A DNA stretch of 64,000 bases, taken from assembly GCA_964016885.1 (NCBI GenBank), contig OZ024745.1, forward strand, positions 52,576,001 to 52,640,000, given 5' to 3'. Positions within the stretch are counted from its first letter, which is position 1; each line of letters opens with the position of its first letter. A program made the position numbers and the translations under genes. The notes below the pieces were generated by a model. The model had not been told where the DNA came from, made no database searches, and worked only from the letters and a program-made list of their open reading frames with translations. This stretch comes from Eledone cirrhosa (Eukaryota). Shown here in pieces: positions 1 through 16,211 of this stretch.

Positions 1-18
1 ACCTGACATATATACATG

Positions 19-76
<58 letters not shown>

Positions 77-155
77 TATATAAATAAATATATATATATA
101 TACATTTGAAAAAAAGTGTAGTGTTAAAAATTTTATGATTTAATGTTATAATATA

Positions 156-337
156 ATTGTTTCTACTTTTTGCACAAGGCCACCAATTACTCAGTACATT
201 ACTGGTACTTTATTTTATCGACCCCATAAGGATGAAAGGCAAAGTTAACCCCGGAGGGATTTGAACTCAGCTCATAAAGGGAGGTAACTCTATGCTTCAA
301 AGCATTGTGTCCGACTCTCTATCGACACTGCCAATCC
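156..337 (-). mobile_element. tRNA-derived SINE
   Basis: Reverse strand has A-box-like TGGCAGT..CG and B-box GAGTTCAAATCC, then the core CTTTGCCTTTCATCCTTA.GGGGTCGATAAAATAAAGTACCAG shared with at least 6 other copies in the window. Confidence 0.85.
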
Positions 338-344
338 ACCGCCC

Positions 345-643
345 TTTAATGTTATAATATAATATTATAATATTATGAATTGGTACATCCAGTAAGTACT
401 TTGATAACTTCGGTGGGAAGAATTTTAGAGAATCCTGGTTAACTTGGGTTGGGGAAATTTCTCGCATTCGTCTGTCTGTGGCGATTGTCAACATGTTTGA
501 CAATCGCCACAGACAGACGAATGCGAGAAATTTCCCCAACCCAAGTTAACCAGGATTCTCTAAAATTCTTCCCACCGAAGTTATCAAAGTACTTACTGGA
601 TGTACCAATTCATAATATTATAATATTATATTATAACATTAAA
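345..643. repeat. Perfect ~299 bp palindrome (fold-back element)
   Basis: 345-491 is the reverse complement of 497-643, with loop catgt. ORFs 297..539(-) and 449..649(+) mirror each other. Confidence 0.95.
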
Positions 644-728
644 TCATAAATTTTTTAACACTACAAGTGAAGTCATTCTTTTCTTTCTTTTCAAATATAC
701 CTAACTGTGCCAAGGATCTCACACATGT

Positions 729-764
<36 letters not shown>

Positions 765-948
765 CCACAAGCCCTCCATCTCAGTTCTATTTTTGAAAAG
801 CATAACAACTGTGAAGCCGGTAAAGGTAACAAATAAATATACTTCAAAAGACTCCAGTTGCATTATCGACTTCATCTTTTTCCCTTATACCTTCATTCGT
901 GTAGGACATCTCCTTTTCTTTTCATTTTGAAAAAAAAACCCTCACTTT

Positions 949-1004
<56 letters not shown>

Positions 1005-1005
1005 C

Positions 1006-1176
1006 GTCGTTGAACAGGAGGAATCTATTGATATTGTTTCTTTTATATAAATATGCATGTGCCTATATATATAAGTGCGTCCTTACACACAATCACACAC
1101 ATACAAACGCACATACATAGCCACATGCATATATATATAAAAGAAGAAATATCAATAGACTTGTCCTGCTCAACGA
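1006..1176. repeat. Degenerate inverted repeat, ~55 bp arms
   Basis: cgttgaacagga..tctattgatatt..tatgcatgtg versus cacatgcata..aatatcaataga..tcctgctcaacg. Confidence 0.65.
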
Positions 1177-1910
1177 GGATGGTAATATGTGTAGTGTTTG
1201 GGCAAATAGTAGCACGTTTGTGATTTGGGATAATTATCAAAATTATTCACTTCCACATAGCTACCAGATTAAAAGAAACCCTTCAGTCTCAACTGAAATG
1301 TTGCCCTCGCGTCGCCGAAAGCAATGTGTATTGTATATATAAATAGAATATATTTTAACACGTGCAGGAAAACATCCAGCAAACAGCCAAATTTAACATA
1401 AGGATGCTTCCACGAACTTCCAATTTATTCAATTAATATTATAGTATTTCTTCAGAAATATTAGGTATGATATATGTGTCTAGGCTTCATTAGTTATAAA
1501 TCTGCATTTCTTTGTTGTTATGGAGAAAAATGTTTCGCAATAGAACTGACCACTCTAATACGTCAAATAAATGAACTGCGTTTAAAATCACAGCTTAAGA
1601 TTTTCTACTTAAATCTTGCTTCTCACACTTTCTGCTTGTCACTCTTTGGTTTATGCTATTGATAAAATCTGGGATTGTGCTCATGTGATCTGTCGAAAGG
1701 ATAGAGAACAAAATCCGTTTCAGAACATATTAAAGGAGATATTCCATTCTGTAGCTTTAAATATAACTTTGCTTTCCCAATATGCAGCATAAACCCATTA
1801 AAAACGGTTATATTCAATATATAAAATAATACATAAACAGACACAGACAAACACTGGCACGCGCATATACAACTTGGAACCCCCCCCCCATATACACATA
1901 TACTCTATCT

Positions 1911-1948
<38 letters not shown>

Positions 1949-2057
1949 AATGTTTATGTAGGTTTGTTTGAGTTTTTGTGAGGGCGTGTTTGTGTATGGA
2001 TTTATGTATACACACACACACACACACACACGCACACAATCACCCCCCCCCCCCCCC

Positions 2058-2095
<38 letters not shown>

Positions 2096-3195
2096 TCAAA
2101 CTACGATTGCAGGTACATGGTTGATTAATGTCAGTAAAATGGTTAAACTTCTGTTACTAACATTGAAATATGAAATATATATGTCACTTTTCATTTGGCA
2201 AATCCGATTTTAATATCTTCTCGTTGTTTTTATTTATTTTATTGTATATATAGATTTATTTGATTTTGTGTAACGCGTAGTATAGTCTGCAGCAATAAGT
2301 ACTTTCAGTGATTCAACGATATATGTATACATTTTATGTACATAAATAACCCGGTATGTGTATGTATGCATGTTTGTTTGTATGTATGTGTGTGTTTATG
2401 TATCTAAGTATGTATGGGTACATGGATGAATGTATGTGTGTATGTATGTGCAGATGTTTTTATGCATGTACTTATGTAATATTTTTACATATGTAAGCAG
2501 GGTTTCTATGTAAGTGTTAGTATGAAGACGAGAAATAGAGAGATATATATAAATAGAGAGAGAACGATAAATAGATATAACGAAAAACATGAGTTGGAGA
2601 CTCAAAAGTAGATATTCATAGAAAAAAAACTGATATAGGCATATACGTTTTATATAAAAGTATATATTTTAGGAGATTATTTTTCATCGAGAACAAATTT
2701 GATATATCTATCAAATGTATAAAATTTATCGAAAAGCGTAATTTGTTTCCATATGTATAGTTATCATTATCTTATTCGATAACTCGCTTCCGCAAGTGGA
2801 TCCCATAGGTCTGCAGTGACGTTGCGGCAAAGCCTTCAAATATTTAGTACCGTAACCTTCTAATTTATCTCTCTCCCCCATCTCTCTCTCTCCCCCATCT
2901 CTCTCTCTCTCTCTTTCTCTCTCTCACTCTCTCTCTCTGAATATATATATTATATATGTATATATATATTATATATATATATATATATTATATATATATA
3001 TATATATGGAGGTGTGTGTATATATACACAGACACACACATATATATATATATGTATATATATATGTATGGAGGTGTTACATGTGAGATTTATTGTTCAA
3101 CCCGGTTATAAATGTTTTCTAGGCAGCTAGACAGAATGTAGTATGATAAAATAAAACAAGGATGAGTGGTTACTCCTTCATTACGTTAATTGGTT

Positions 3196-3281
3196 GGTGA
3201 CGCGCGTTTCTCCATCGATCAGATCAAGGTTCGATCTGTATCGATCTAGCCCGACTCTCTAATCCACGGCTCGTCAGACAC
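3196..3281 (-). ncRNA. Type I hammerhead ribozyme motif with long stem II, in a PLE terminal-repeat fragment (~3070-3345)
   Basis: Minus strand: gt-CTGACGA-gcc..(internal hairpin atcgatacagatc/gatctgatcgat)..gga-GAAAC-gcgc-GTC-ac. Homologous to 26250-26560 and 28925-29127. Confidence 0.65.
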
Positions 3282-3344
3282 TTTTGGTGGGAATGATAAA
3301 ATGAGAATACATGGCGTACGAGAAAGACTGAGATCCATATGCTG

Positions 3345-3387
<43 letters not shown>

Positions 3388-3744
3388 GTGTGTGTGTATG
3401 TATATGAAGGGTAAACCAGGCATGTGTTTATTACATAACTATATAGTGTTAGTTGCATGTGTACTTCGACGACGTCACCGCGTGGGAGCTAGGTTATCGC
3501 AATTACAACTGGTCTGAATTCATCTGACAACATGTTACCATTAAATAGAGGTTTACCAAAACATCCCTTTATAATATTTTAAATATCTCCAAACTTATGG
3601 TGAATACGTAACTATAAATATTCAATGAAACGATAAATTCACTGATATTAGCATACAGTCTATACATCCGATATGAAGATAACCGATCACCAACAAAGTA
3701 CGGAACCAAAACATTTATTTATTATATAGATCCTTCTATTTTCT

Positions 3745-3853
<109 letters not shown>

Positions 3854-3854
3854 T

Positions 3855-3913
<59 letters not shown>

Positions 3914-4563
3914 GGGGGAGGGAGAGAGAGAGGAGGTATTATGATTTTACGTCTTTGTCGATTTATTACGCTATATATTCATACATACGAAATTATGATG
4001 ACAGATTTCAATGATTAATTTATTGATGGACACATATTGTTTTTGAATGGAATTTATCCCATAGAATGAAATAGGAAACAAAACCATTAATATATTCATT
4101 ATTATGCAAATAAAATCTTACTATGTCCATATCCGTAATGGGAATTATGAAAAAATCATTTGAATTCATCAAAATACTGGCTGAGAGAGGAATCCATTTT
4201 TTTTTAACTTCGACATATGTATTAAGCTATTAATAATGCAAAATATTTACCCACTGGAGAATACTACAGCAACACTTTCAGAATCTTAATATGTACTTTT
4301 TCTTTCAATCAAAAGTAAGATATTGTCTTATTTTTTTTTCAAAATGTTAGTCGCTTATTTCAATCTTCTTTATAATGGCTGATGTATTTACAATTTTCTC
4401 ACTCTATATATGTTTTCTTCTTATTGTCTCGATGAATTGTTGCATGTCATGTGATAGTTTATATATGTTGTAGTCTTTGAATGTTTTATGTAAATTATTA
4501 AATATTGTTTGCGTTCAATTGTTTGCTTACACACACATCGTCTCCCTCTCTCCCTCTCTCTGT

Positions 4564-4597
<34 letters not shown>

Positions 4598-4632
4598 TAT
4601 ATACATATATATATATACATATATATATATAC

Positions 4633-4674
<42 letters not shown>

Positions 4675-7094
4675 CAATGAAGGCCGGATTCCAATAACGT
4701 AATCACACCATACGTATTTCTGTGACTGGTGTACGTCATCCGACTGCACGAACATAATAACTTAAGTTAAACATATCTTTACAGGGGACAGCAAAATACA
4801 ATCCAAGTATCAACGATACTGTCTGGGCTAGCCGTTCTATTACTCACATCTTATACACATCCTCACATTTGTATGTGTATAATCGACAGTAATGTTCAAT
4901 TGGTGGGAGAGAATGAGTGAATGATAGGGGTGGTGAAGAAGAACAGTGGAGAGTAGGATCAATATAGAGTGTGGAAAATAGGATATTAATATATTATTTT
5001 TTGCAATTCATTCAAATTTACCAATACAATTAATTAATACATGTTCTATATTTTATATTTTAAATCCATTACATGTTTTTACTTAAAGAGTATTGTTGTA
5101 GGAAATTATGATCGCACGATTTCAGAATGATAGCGAAGGAAAAATCAATCAGTCGCTCTAGAAGATAAGCATGCTTCGTGTTGATGTCTAATTCCATGAC
5201 AAACTCACAGGAGAAGTGTATGTGTTTCGTTGCCCCCATTGCATTTTATTTATCTCGAACTATATTAATGTCATTTTCTAATTTATTAAGAACGAGATTT
5301 AGCTGTTATATCTATTATCACGAGACACAATCTAGAAACCCACTCATTAAAGCGATTAAAGAAGACTTTGTTGATTTGTAGCCCCAACCTATCCCTGATA
5401 TACCAGTTTAAATGTTGGCATGTTGGCATGTCCTGAGAATCGTGTGTATTTCAGAGATATATTATTTCCGCAATATTTCTATTTGATCATCACGTAATAT
5501 TCGACTGGCAGCTAATTAATCTATAAACTTATATTCCTTTTTTCTCCTATATTGCATTCATAATTCATTTATCTGTCATATTAATTCATGATTAAATCGT
5601 TAGACCAGAATTTGAAAAACCGATCTTGCAAATATATTGATATATGCCATTGGTTGTTCTGAGTAAGTAGTGCAGCTACAATGCCCGACTGTCAGGGACA
5701 CAGTTGATTTGGGCCCGTTGAGATGAATATACCATGCAGTACATCGAGTTTAATGTGTATTATGGTGTAATGATTATAGAATTCAAAAAGGAAGGACAGT
5801 AAAACAATTATCTAGCTATATATGCACATATTCGCTAACACACTTTTTAATCAAACGCACTTATATACATATCTATGTCTGCATTCGATTTGCAAATAAG
5901 GCTACTTATTCATTAACGCAAATGTTCTTATACATATCTGAATATTTTTTTCTCATCCATTTTATTAGAATATAAAAAATTAAATCGCCCCAAAGAATTA
6001 AACAAATTTTTACCAACTCAGAGTTGTTATATTTTTGATTCTGTATAATTAAAACATGGTTAAAATAATCTCTGTCCATTCTACAAGATATAGATGATAA
6101 TGAATCATTTGGAAGTATTATATCAAAATGCTTTAAAATGTTGGTAGTGTAATTTCCATCAATATAAATTTGAAAATATTATGCCGAAAACGAGGCAAAT
6201 TCGAAAAATGAATGGAATACAGATACTAGGTATAATTGAGATAATTTCACTGTAAATATTGAGGAAACGAGCGCTGAGATTTTTTATAAATTGTAAAGAA
6301 TCCACTGCTTATAATCAAACGACGCCTTATTCATACCAGCAGAAAGACCACCCGAAGGGTGGTTTTCTGCTAGCATGTGTAGTGTGCATATTGATATTAT
6401 ACGCAAGTATATATGCATGTAGATATGATATATCAAATAAAATCGTTATTGACCATATACAAAAGAAATCGAACGAAACTGCGTTACACTATCTTATGTA
6501 ATCAGTAACGTAATCCATGATACATTAAAAAAAGACGATATTATATATAATTTGCATTAGGAGAAAATGAGTGCCGGAAATATATGAATGTTTATTTAAG
6601 CGATCGCTATCCTTAATTTGAAAATTTTAAAGACGTGAATCTTAAAAAATAAGCAACAAAATTATTTATATTTAATCAAGAATAACGAAATTTAGTAGAT
6701 AAATTATGTAATATTAATTCATTATTTATTCAAATTAATCCAACTATTACAAACGGGATAAAAGAATATATTCTGGACGCAGTCCCACACTTCTTACTTT
6801 ATTATATTTTAGATGGGAATCGGTTACTGTAATAGAAACACAATATCTGGTTCAACACAACATCGCAAAATATTTCAGATCTTACGCTAATCTCAATCAT
6901 ATTCTCGTAGGCAAAATCCTACCTGTATAACCTTAATAAAATAAAATATATATTAATAAATGAAATTGGATATACTCCCACATCTGCTGAATGAAAGACC
7001 TAAATGAGGAAAAACTATCGTTGAAGAAAGATCAAGCAACACCATTTTATGTGCGAACACATAACCTGTGGAATGTATATATATATATAAAAGA

Positions 7095-7153
<59 letters not shown>

Positions 7154-7295
7154 GAGGGAAAGAGAGGGAGGCTGAGAAATCACGTCTACAGGACTAGAAT
7201 TGTTTCATTCGAAGGCAATCATCGGGAAAGCTATGTATGTAGTAACTTACTTAATATTATCACCCGCAATTGAACCCGATATAGATATACACACA

Positions 7296-7424
<129 letters not shown>

Positions 7425-7428
7425 GCAC

Positions 7429-7516
<88 letters not shown>

Positions 7517-7562
7517 CGTAAAATAAGAAAATTATAAAATTAACTTACTTACTAAAATATCA

Positions 7563-7641
7563 CTTCCAACTAATTAGTTTCTGGAATGGAATAAATATAT
7601 TTTCCGAAGAAAATACAAGAATCATTCCGTCGTCAGGGAAG
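7563..7641 (-). ncRNA. Hammerhead ribozyme (antisense copy)
   Basis: Near-exact reverse complement of the 8453-8532 motif. Confidence 0.75.
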
Positions 7642-7928
7642 ACTACTCTCATCTAAGTATCCAGGCAAAGCGTGGACTCTGGAAACTTATTAAAAAATAA
7701 TTCAGTGGATAGAAAATAGCAAAGCGTGGACTGAATTCCTAGCCATTGAGAAAATCACTGCCTCTGCGTCGGTGGCAAATTCAAAAAGAATCAATCACGT
7801 GACATCGAGGTCAATCAGTGGAAAGTGGTAGGAATTCAGTCCACGCTTTGCTACTTTCTATCCACTGAATTATTTTTTAATAAGTTTCCAGAGTCCACGC
7901 TTTGCCTGGATACTTAGATGAGAATAGT

Positions 7929-8008
7929 CTTCCCTGACGACGGAATGATTCTCTGTATTTTCTTCGGAAAATGTATTTATTCCATTCAAGAAACAAATTA
8001 GTTGGAAG
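7929..8008 (+). ncRNA. Hammerhead ribozyme
   Basis: cttcc-CTGACGA-cggaatg..cattcaa-GAAAC-aaatta-GTT-ggaag. Confidence 0.7.
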
Positions 8009-8452
8009 TGATATTTTAGTAAGTAAGTTAATTTTATAATTTTCTTATTTTACGTCTCTCATATTATTGTTCTGCAACCCCATGCATTGAACCACAAAGT
8101 ATCTAACACAAAACTTATATATTTGCTAGCATTGATATGCATCTGTATGTATATATATATGTTACTAGATATTAATTCTTTATAATTATCTCCAAATTAT
8201 TTGTCGAGCAATATTGGCCATGACTGCTGCTATGGTAGCAAGCAGGCCGCTGTCTTATTAGCAAACCACTTTCCACTGATTGACCTCGATGTCACGTGAT
8301 TGATTCTTTTTGAATTTGCCACCGACGCAGAGGCAGTGATTTTCTCAATGGCTAGGAATTCAGTCCAGGCTTTGCTATTTTCTATCCACTGAATTATTTT
8401 TTAATAAGTTTCCAGGGTCCACGCTTTGCCTGGATACTTAGATGAGAATAGT

Positions 8453-8532
8453 CTTCCCTGACGACGGAATGATTCTCGGTATTTTCTTCGGAAAATATAT
8501 TTATTCCATTCCAGAAACTAATTAGTTGGAAG
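8453..8532 (+). ncRNA. Hammerhead ribozyme (GUU site)
   Basis: Stem I cttcc/ggaag, core CTGACGA, stem II ggaatg/cattcc, GAAAC-taatta-GTT. Confidence 0.8.
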
Positions 8533-8699
8533 TGATATTTTAGTAAGTAAGTTAATTTTATAATTTTCTTATTTTACGTCTCTCATATTATTGTTCTGCA
8601 ACCCCATGCATTGAACCACAAAGTTACTAAGACAAAACCTATATATTTTCTAGCATTGATATGCATCTGTATGTATATATATGTTACTAGATATTAATT

Positions 8700-8872
<173 letters not shown>

Positions 8873-10122
8873 GATAGATATATAGATAGATAGATACATA
8901 CATGCACCCATCTATTCATACATACATACATACATATATAACATAAGGAATATTCAATAACATATCATACCTAGAAACCCATTATTTGTAAATTTTATGA
9001 GAACATACATTATCTAATCCACTATTGCTGTGAGAATGTGGCTGAACAGAAATTCCAACATTTTAATTAGATTAAAAAATAAGTTTGGTTCTATTAGATC
9101 TTATTAGTAATGCAGATTCTGACGTTAAGTGACTGATCTAAAAATTACAAGTAATATATTTGTGACTGAACATAATGTGTCATAAATCATTGCTTTGATA
9201 AAATACACTTCTACAAAGGAAATTAATCCTAGCCTATGAAAATAGGGTTTAAAATATCTCTTTAATGATGACAGCCTCAATTATCTGTAAATCAAAACCT
9301 GATAGAATAAAAACAGGAAAACAGCCCCGAAATTTCAATTAGTCAAAATAAATTAAGTGTTCAATGTATTCAGAAGTAAGTTTGATCTATAGAAGCAGAA
9401 TTACAAATACGTACATGCCAAGATATTGACAGAACCTCTTCACAAAGACAAGTTCTGGTACTACATCCTAGATGGCTGGAATTTTCACAAATAAACAATG
9501 TTTGTGTGTGTTTAAACTTTTAACAGGGTTTTATTCCTCTGTACCTGAAATGATTTATGAAATATTTCTTTTCTTCATCTAGGGGACAGTAAAATCGACA
9601 GACCTGTTGAGTGTGATATAATTCTCTAAAAGTAGTTCTGCCGAATTACACGGTGCCAAACTACATACATTAGATATTGTCAGGGGAAATGAGAGTAAAT
9701 ATGTTTGCTATACATGCCAATGACTGCATATTTTAACTATTTTTTTTTCTTGAAGACAGCAATGAAGTCGTCTGATATGATGAATAAACATTGTCCAAAT
9801 GAATTAGTCAGATCGCCACCGTTATTTACTGATATACAGCCAAATCTATCAACAAGAAAGAATTATAGTACGACATTATTATTGATGCTTTGATTCACTT
9901 CTAGCTTAATAGATTAACATCACAGAATTGATAATTATGAATAGCATTTGATGAAGTATATACTTTTCTGCAATCTCATATAGTCAAAAAGTATAATGAA
10001 AACATGACTTTGAACTATAAAAATGAACCGTTTCAAGTGAATGAGTTATATCACAAATGATGCTGAACAACATAAATCAATCATAATGAGCATTAATTAT
10101 TTTCACATTGACTTGTCATATC

Positions 10123-10174
<52 letters not shown>

Positions 10175-11723
10175 CAGCGGTGTATTTCCTTTGAAAGGTT
10201 TTTGGTATGAATTCGTGTGTTGAAACAGATATTGTTAAATTTGTTGAGGGTCATGTCCTAATATTGCTAGAAAAAATAGTAAAACACACTCACTCTTTGG
10301 TTTTGTTATCGCTTCGGTGTATTTTTATATTTCCATAAATAATTTAGTAGTGTGTATTTGTGTGCGGGTTTGTTATTACATCTGTGTACATATATTCTAT
10401 CTTAGATCACTTGTCAGTGTCTGTCTATGGTTTTTGTTATTCCATTCATATTTTCTGTTCAGCCTAGGTTTCCTTAATTCTATGTCTATATACTTCCTAA
10501 TTTATCTGATTTGTCTTATGAGGAAGTCGCTTCTAGATATATTGTGATTGTGTTTGCTAAACACTTGATTACGTATATAATATTGAACTGAAATGTCGAC
10601 CTCTTTCTTAATATAAGCATACCGCATGTTGAAACTATATCAAACAGATCTCACTGTTAATCCACAATCTTTCAAACTGAACTTCAAATATATGCACGAT
10701 ATCACTGATTAAGTATTCCGTTTTTTTTAAAGTTGCTTCTAAATATAAAAAAAACACTTCAATTGTATTCTATTATGTATTTGTAAATGTTTGCGAATGT
10801 GTATGCTTCATATTTTCTCTAACCATGCTGATTATTCCTCATCATAATTATATTTCTTGTCTCTTCATTAGTATTGAGTCATCGTCCTTTTTATTTTTGC
10901 GACATCTATCGCATTCTGTTCACTCTCACTGTCTCTCTCTGTCTCTCTCTTCTACTTTTTTTTACAACATGTTACATACAATGTGCTCAGATTCCTTTAA
11001 TACTCTTTTTATATCCTTCATACATTTCTTGCTTTCCAACAGACCAGGTTAATTCTACATTCATTTAGTTTGTTTCAATATTTCTTCTGTAAGTGTGGCT
11101 ACTTCTTTTTTTTTTTAATTGGGTAACATTGAAATATATGAAGCCATGCTTAAGTTATATATTCCTGAAAAGTAAAATACCAACAAAAATCAGTCTCGCA
11201 TCTACGATGTCCGAATCAGCCATCCTAATTTCTGCTAGACTTCCGCATTATCCTCTTGCTGAAAATTCAAGCTTTAAAATAAGTTGATCGTAGAATGATA
11301 TTGAATTTAATATTATAGTGCTGATAATATTTTAGTCGACGAATACATATATCGCGTGTAAGAATAGAGTATTATCGTATATACTTACATGTGTATTTAA
11401 CATTATGGATAGCTTTGTAGAGCGAATATTTAATGTGTTTTTCTTCACATTTAATCTGAATTTATTTTATTAGCAATTTTTCCAATTTCTGAAATATATG
11501 CTTTTTAAAAAATATAATTTCATTGATATTCATTACTATTATATCTGTTATTTAATTGTATAAATCCTTTTGATCTTCAATATCTGCCCTATATTTTTAT
11601 TGAATTCATATATATACGCAAAGGCACACACAAAATACAATATATAAACACAAAATCACACCTACACCCCCTCATACTCAGAAACTCACACACACGTACA
11701 CACACACACACACACGCACACAC

Positions 11724-11832
<109 letters not shown>

Positions 11833-12526
11833 CACACACTCTCAAACAAAGCGCAAACATATCTATATATACATATGTGTAAAAATATTTATTTATTTCG
11901 TTTTACCTCCCATAATTTTCCCCTTCACAATTATTTCCCTTGCTGTATACCAATAGAATTTTCTTCCATGTCTTAAAAAAAAAATTAGATAAGAGAAAAA
12001 ATTATTTTATGCATTAATCTGCTCATCTAACGTTTTTACTTCATATTTTTCTGTTGGTTCCTCTTTTAATCTATGCAAATATTTATACTTGCTTTCCCTA
12101 CTATGTATTATTCGTTTTATATAATATCTTTTATCTTACCAATATTTCCTCTCCTCCTGCGTACTCTCGATTAGACGTTTTCCAATGTTGCATTCATTTC
12201 TTCTAACAATATCATCAATGCCACTTCTATTGTGTCTTCTTTTCAAACTATTTCTTTGTCACTCACACTGCCTGCCCTTCATTGCACTATTTCCCACTTT
12301 ATTCTACAGCATTACATCAGCTTCCTTTCTTTATTTGTTTCATATTCAACACAGTTTCCTTCCATTCACTTATGTTTCTTCCATTTTTATTGTGATACTA
12401 TTTTCTAGTAGAATAACTTGTTATATTCCATTCTAGTATTCACGACGTATTTTATTTCCCATTTCTTGTCCTATCAAATAACATGTGCATATATTTAGAT
12501 ACAAACACACACTCACCCCCCCCCCC

Positions 12527-12564
<38 letters not shown>

Positions 12565-13002
12565 ACAATTATTTGTTACTCTGGTTCCGATAGCCGGATA
12601 CATTTCCGTCAAATCAAAGATCTGTCCAATTTAAAATGGTTGGAATCTTCATCTTCCGGTAAAATCGAGTTCTCAGGGAGGGTAAGAATTATAAGGGAAA
12701 GGATATACACGGAGATGGGTATGTGTAAGTGAGAAATGTGTTGTCCAGTGCACTCTGTGGAAAAAAGAATACAAATAAAAATGTTGGGTCTTAATTAAAG
12801 TGTTTGAAAACGTTCTTTTTAAAGAAGCTGTATGTTTCTAAAGAGAGGTGAAAGTAGTTAGACAGATATGTTTGTGGTATTTGAGTGAAATCAATGATGG
12901 TAGGAAACACATTAGTCAAGATATTTCCAGTGTAATTGCGTGTGTGTATGTGCACATATACAGGCACCCACACACTCACACATACACACACGCACACACA
13001 CA

Positions 13003-13134
<132 letters not shown>

Positions 13135-13345
13135 GTTAACTGTCTGTAGCACGTAAACATCTCAATGAAAGGATAAGATGTAAGCTAGAATAAGACAGTG
13201 TTAGAATCCCGGTGTTAGAAGACGGTGCTAGAATAAGACGCTGTTACTTATACAGTCCCCCGACCATAGTTTCTGGAACACAAGAAACACCACCAATCAT
13301 ATGCATACATGTATGTATGCACATGCGTATATATATATATATATA

Positions 13346-13908
<563 letters not shown>

Positions 13909-14564
13909 TATACATCGAGTTCATTTGGTAGTTCAACAAAGTTAATATCTGCTTATATACAGAGTGTGTAAACGAGACTGCACCAATGTGTATATAAATA
14001 TACACCTAATCTAAATACGTTGTCATGTAAATGGGCCAGAAATACAGATTCTCCTGTGAATTGATTCGATCTCACTGCGTTGCACGATGTGTACGTGGCT
14101 TCTGTTATAGCCTCGTGCTTACATATCTTTCACTTCTCCACCCACCTTTCTCTCTCTCTTTGTCTCTCCCTCTCTCTCTCTCTATCTATATATATATATA
14201 TCAGTGTGTGTGTACAAACATACGTATACTCCCCTAAATAGAGTTTTTTGACGTCCGTTTGACATGTAAAATTGCATCTTTGAGTGATAACATATCTATC
14301 TATTTTATCAATTCATTGAGGTGTGTACGTATTAGAATAACATAAAATTTAATTAATATTAACAACTCCATTCATTGAAGAGTTGAATTAGTTTTGTTGT
14401 ACTATTTCCAGTGAAATTATAATCCTGTCAACTTTTCCTAATATATATAGAGGCATGTTCATTTTTTTAGTTCAATAAAGCAACGTCTTGGAGATCACGT
14501 GGTATGGACAACGAAATGGCATGTGTACTTTATGATCAAAAATCCTTTTTTACCAAAGAGTACA

Positions 14565-14658
14565 CCCCTGACGAAAATACGATTTCTTACTGAATTTGTT
14601 GTTTTAATGATTTCAAACACCCACTAATGCTTCTTCCATGTTCGAAACCATGGTAGGG
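14565..14658 (+). ncRNA. Hammerhead ribozyme motif with ~70 nt stem II region
   Basis: ccc-CTGACGA-..69 nt..-GAAAC-catg-GTA-ggg. Stem II is degenerate. Confidence 0.55.
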
Positions 14659-14846
14659 AGATGTTTATATGAATGAGACTTTCTTTATTGCACTCTGTCT
14701 GACTTAGACTCCCCGAAATTTAGGGTATACGCTTGATATATAAAATTGCTTCTCCGAGTAATATCTTATCTGTATTTTTTATCCATTCATTGAGATACCT
14801 ATATATTAGAGACAAATAATCTTTTAATTAATATAGTTATATATAC

Positions 14847-14966
<120 letters not shown>

Positions 14967-15993
14967 TGTTTCATTGTAGGTTAACATTTTTTTTTTTTTT
15001 GCATGTCTAATAGTTTTTATCTTGTCACATGTTGTACCCATCTCATTTAAGAATAAGTAATCACCCTTTCACCCTCGATATACCTTTTAATTTCACTGTT
15101 CCTTCCTTGCAATAACAAAATTACATATCACAACCTCTTTCAAACATGTCTCTACTCATGTTTGTACCTTTTTCCTTTATACACCTCTCTATCAAATGTT
15201 TTCTTTTCATTTTATATGATATTATCTCTCACAATTTTCTATGTATCCATTCTCCTATATTTCTCAATAAACTTTACATTTTCAACCTCACTCAAACACT
15301 GCCTTCCCAGATATCCGCTCTATGTATGTATGTATGCATATATTTATGTACCCATGTATGCGTGCTTATATGTGTGTACGCATGTTTGTATATATGCATG
15401 CATATTAACAGAAACATCACATATATACATAAATAGACACTAGCAGGCAGACACACAAACAGTAGAAGCAAAGAACATACACACGATATATACGCTCTCA
15501 CACAGTCATAAAAAAATAAGACCCCTACACGGAATTAAAGTCTATCATACACTATAAGCTCACACAAAGCCATACCTATAAAAAACACCTACGCCTACAC
15601 CTATGAAGAAAAATCCAAGGAAATCACCCCATCTATCTATTACTTATATATTCCTTTATTGAATATTTTTATTTTATCTCTGTTATACACAATCTCCGTT
15701 TTTTCTTATTCTAAAAATCCATGTATCTATCTATCTTTCTATAACTTTGTCCCTGTCACTTTTTTCTCAGACCCATTCCTTTTTACCTTTCTCTTACCAT
15801 GTAGTAATCTTATATTTTCCCAACAATCTTCCTATTTACTTTTTCAGTTTATATCTTACACTATCATTCTATATTTCTTTCACTAACAAGAAAGAAAGTC
15901 CATCTTTCTTTCTTGTTAGAACATCATTGAATTTTTGCCACCACCAAACTCATTATTCTCGTTCCTTGTAACTTCTTGCCCTTTCCCACCTGA

Positions 15994-16054
<61 letters not shown>

Positions 16055-16124
16055 CTGTGAGTGTGTGTGTATATGTGTGTACATGTGTATATATATATAT
16101 ATATATACACATGTACACACATAT

Positions 16125-16211
<87 letters not shown>

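Noticed and set aside
4704-4744. HHR-like CGGATGA..GAAAT-acgt-ATG on the minus strand
   Set aside because: Core and cleavage site are mutated and there is no stem I. At most a dead relic.
4421-4755. YI/HT/CV/RE-rich ORFs here and throughout the window
   Set aside because: They are translations of dinucleotide microsatellites.
7193-7230. CCGATGA..GAAAC-aatt-CTA on the minus strand
   Set aside because: Stems I and III do not pair.
9580-9700. Possible exon after a pyrimidine tract and AG
   Set aside because: Stops in all three plus frames and no recognisable peptide.
12590-12685. HHR-like CTGAGAA..GAAATGTA on the minus strand
   Set aside because: C3/A8 mismatch and no stem I.
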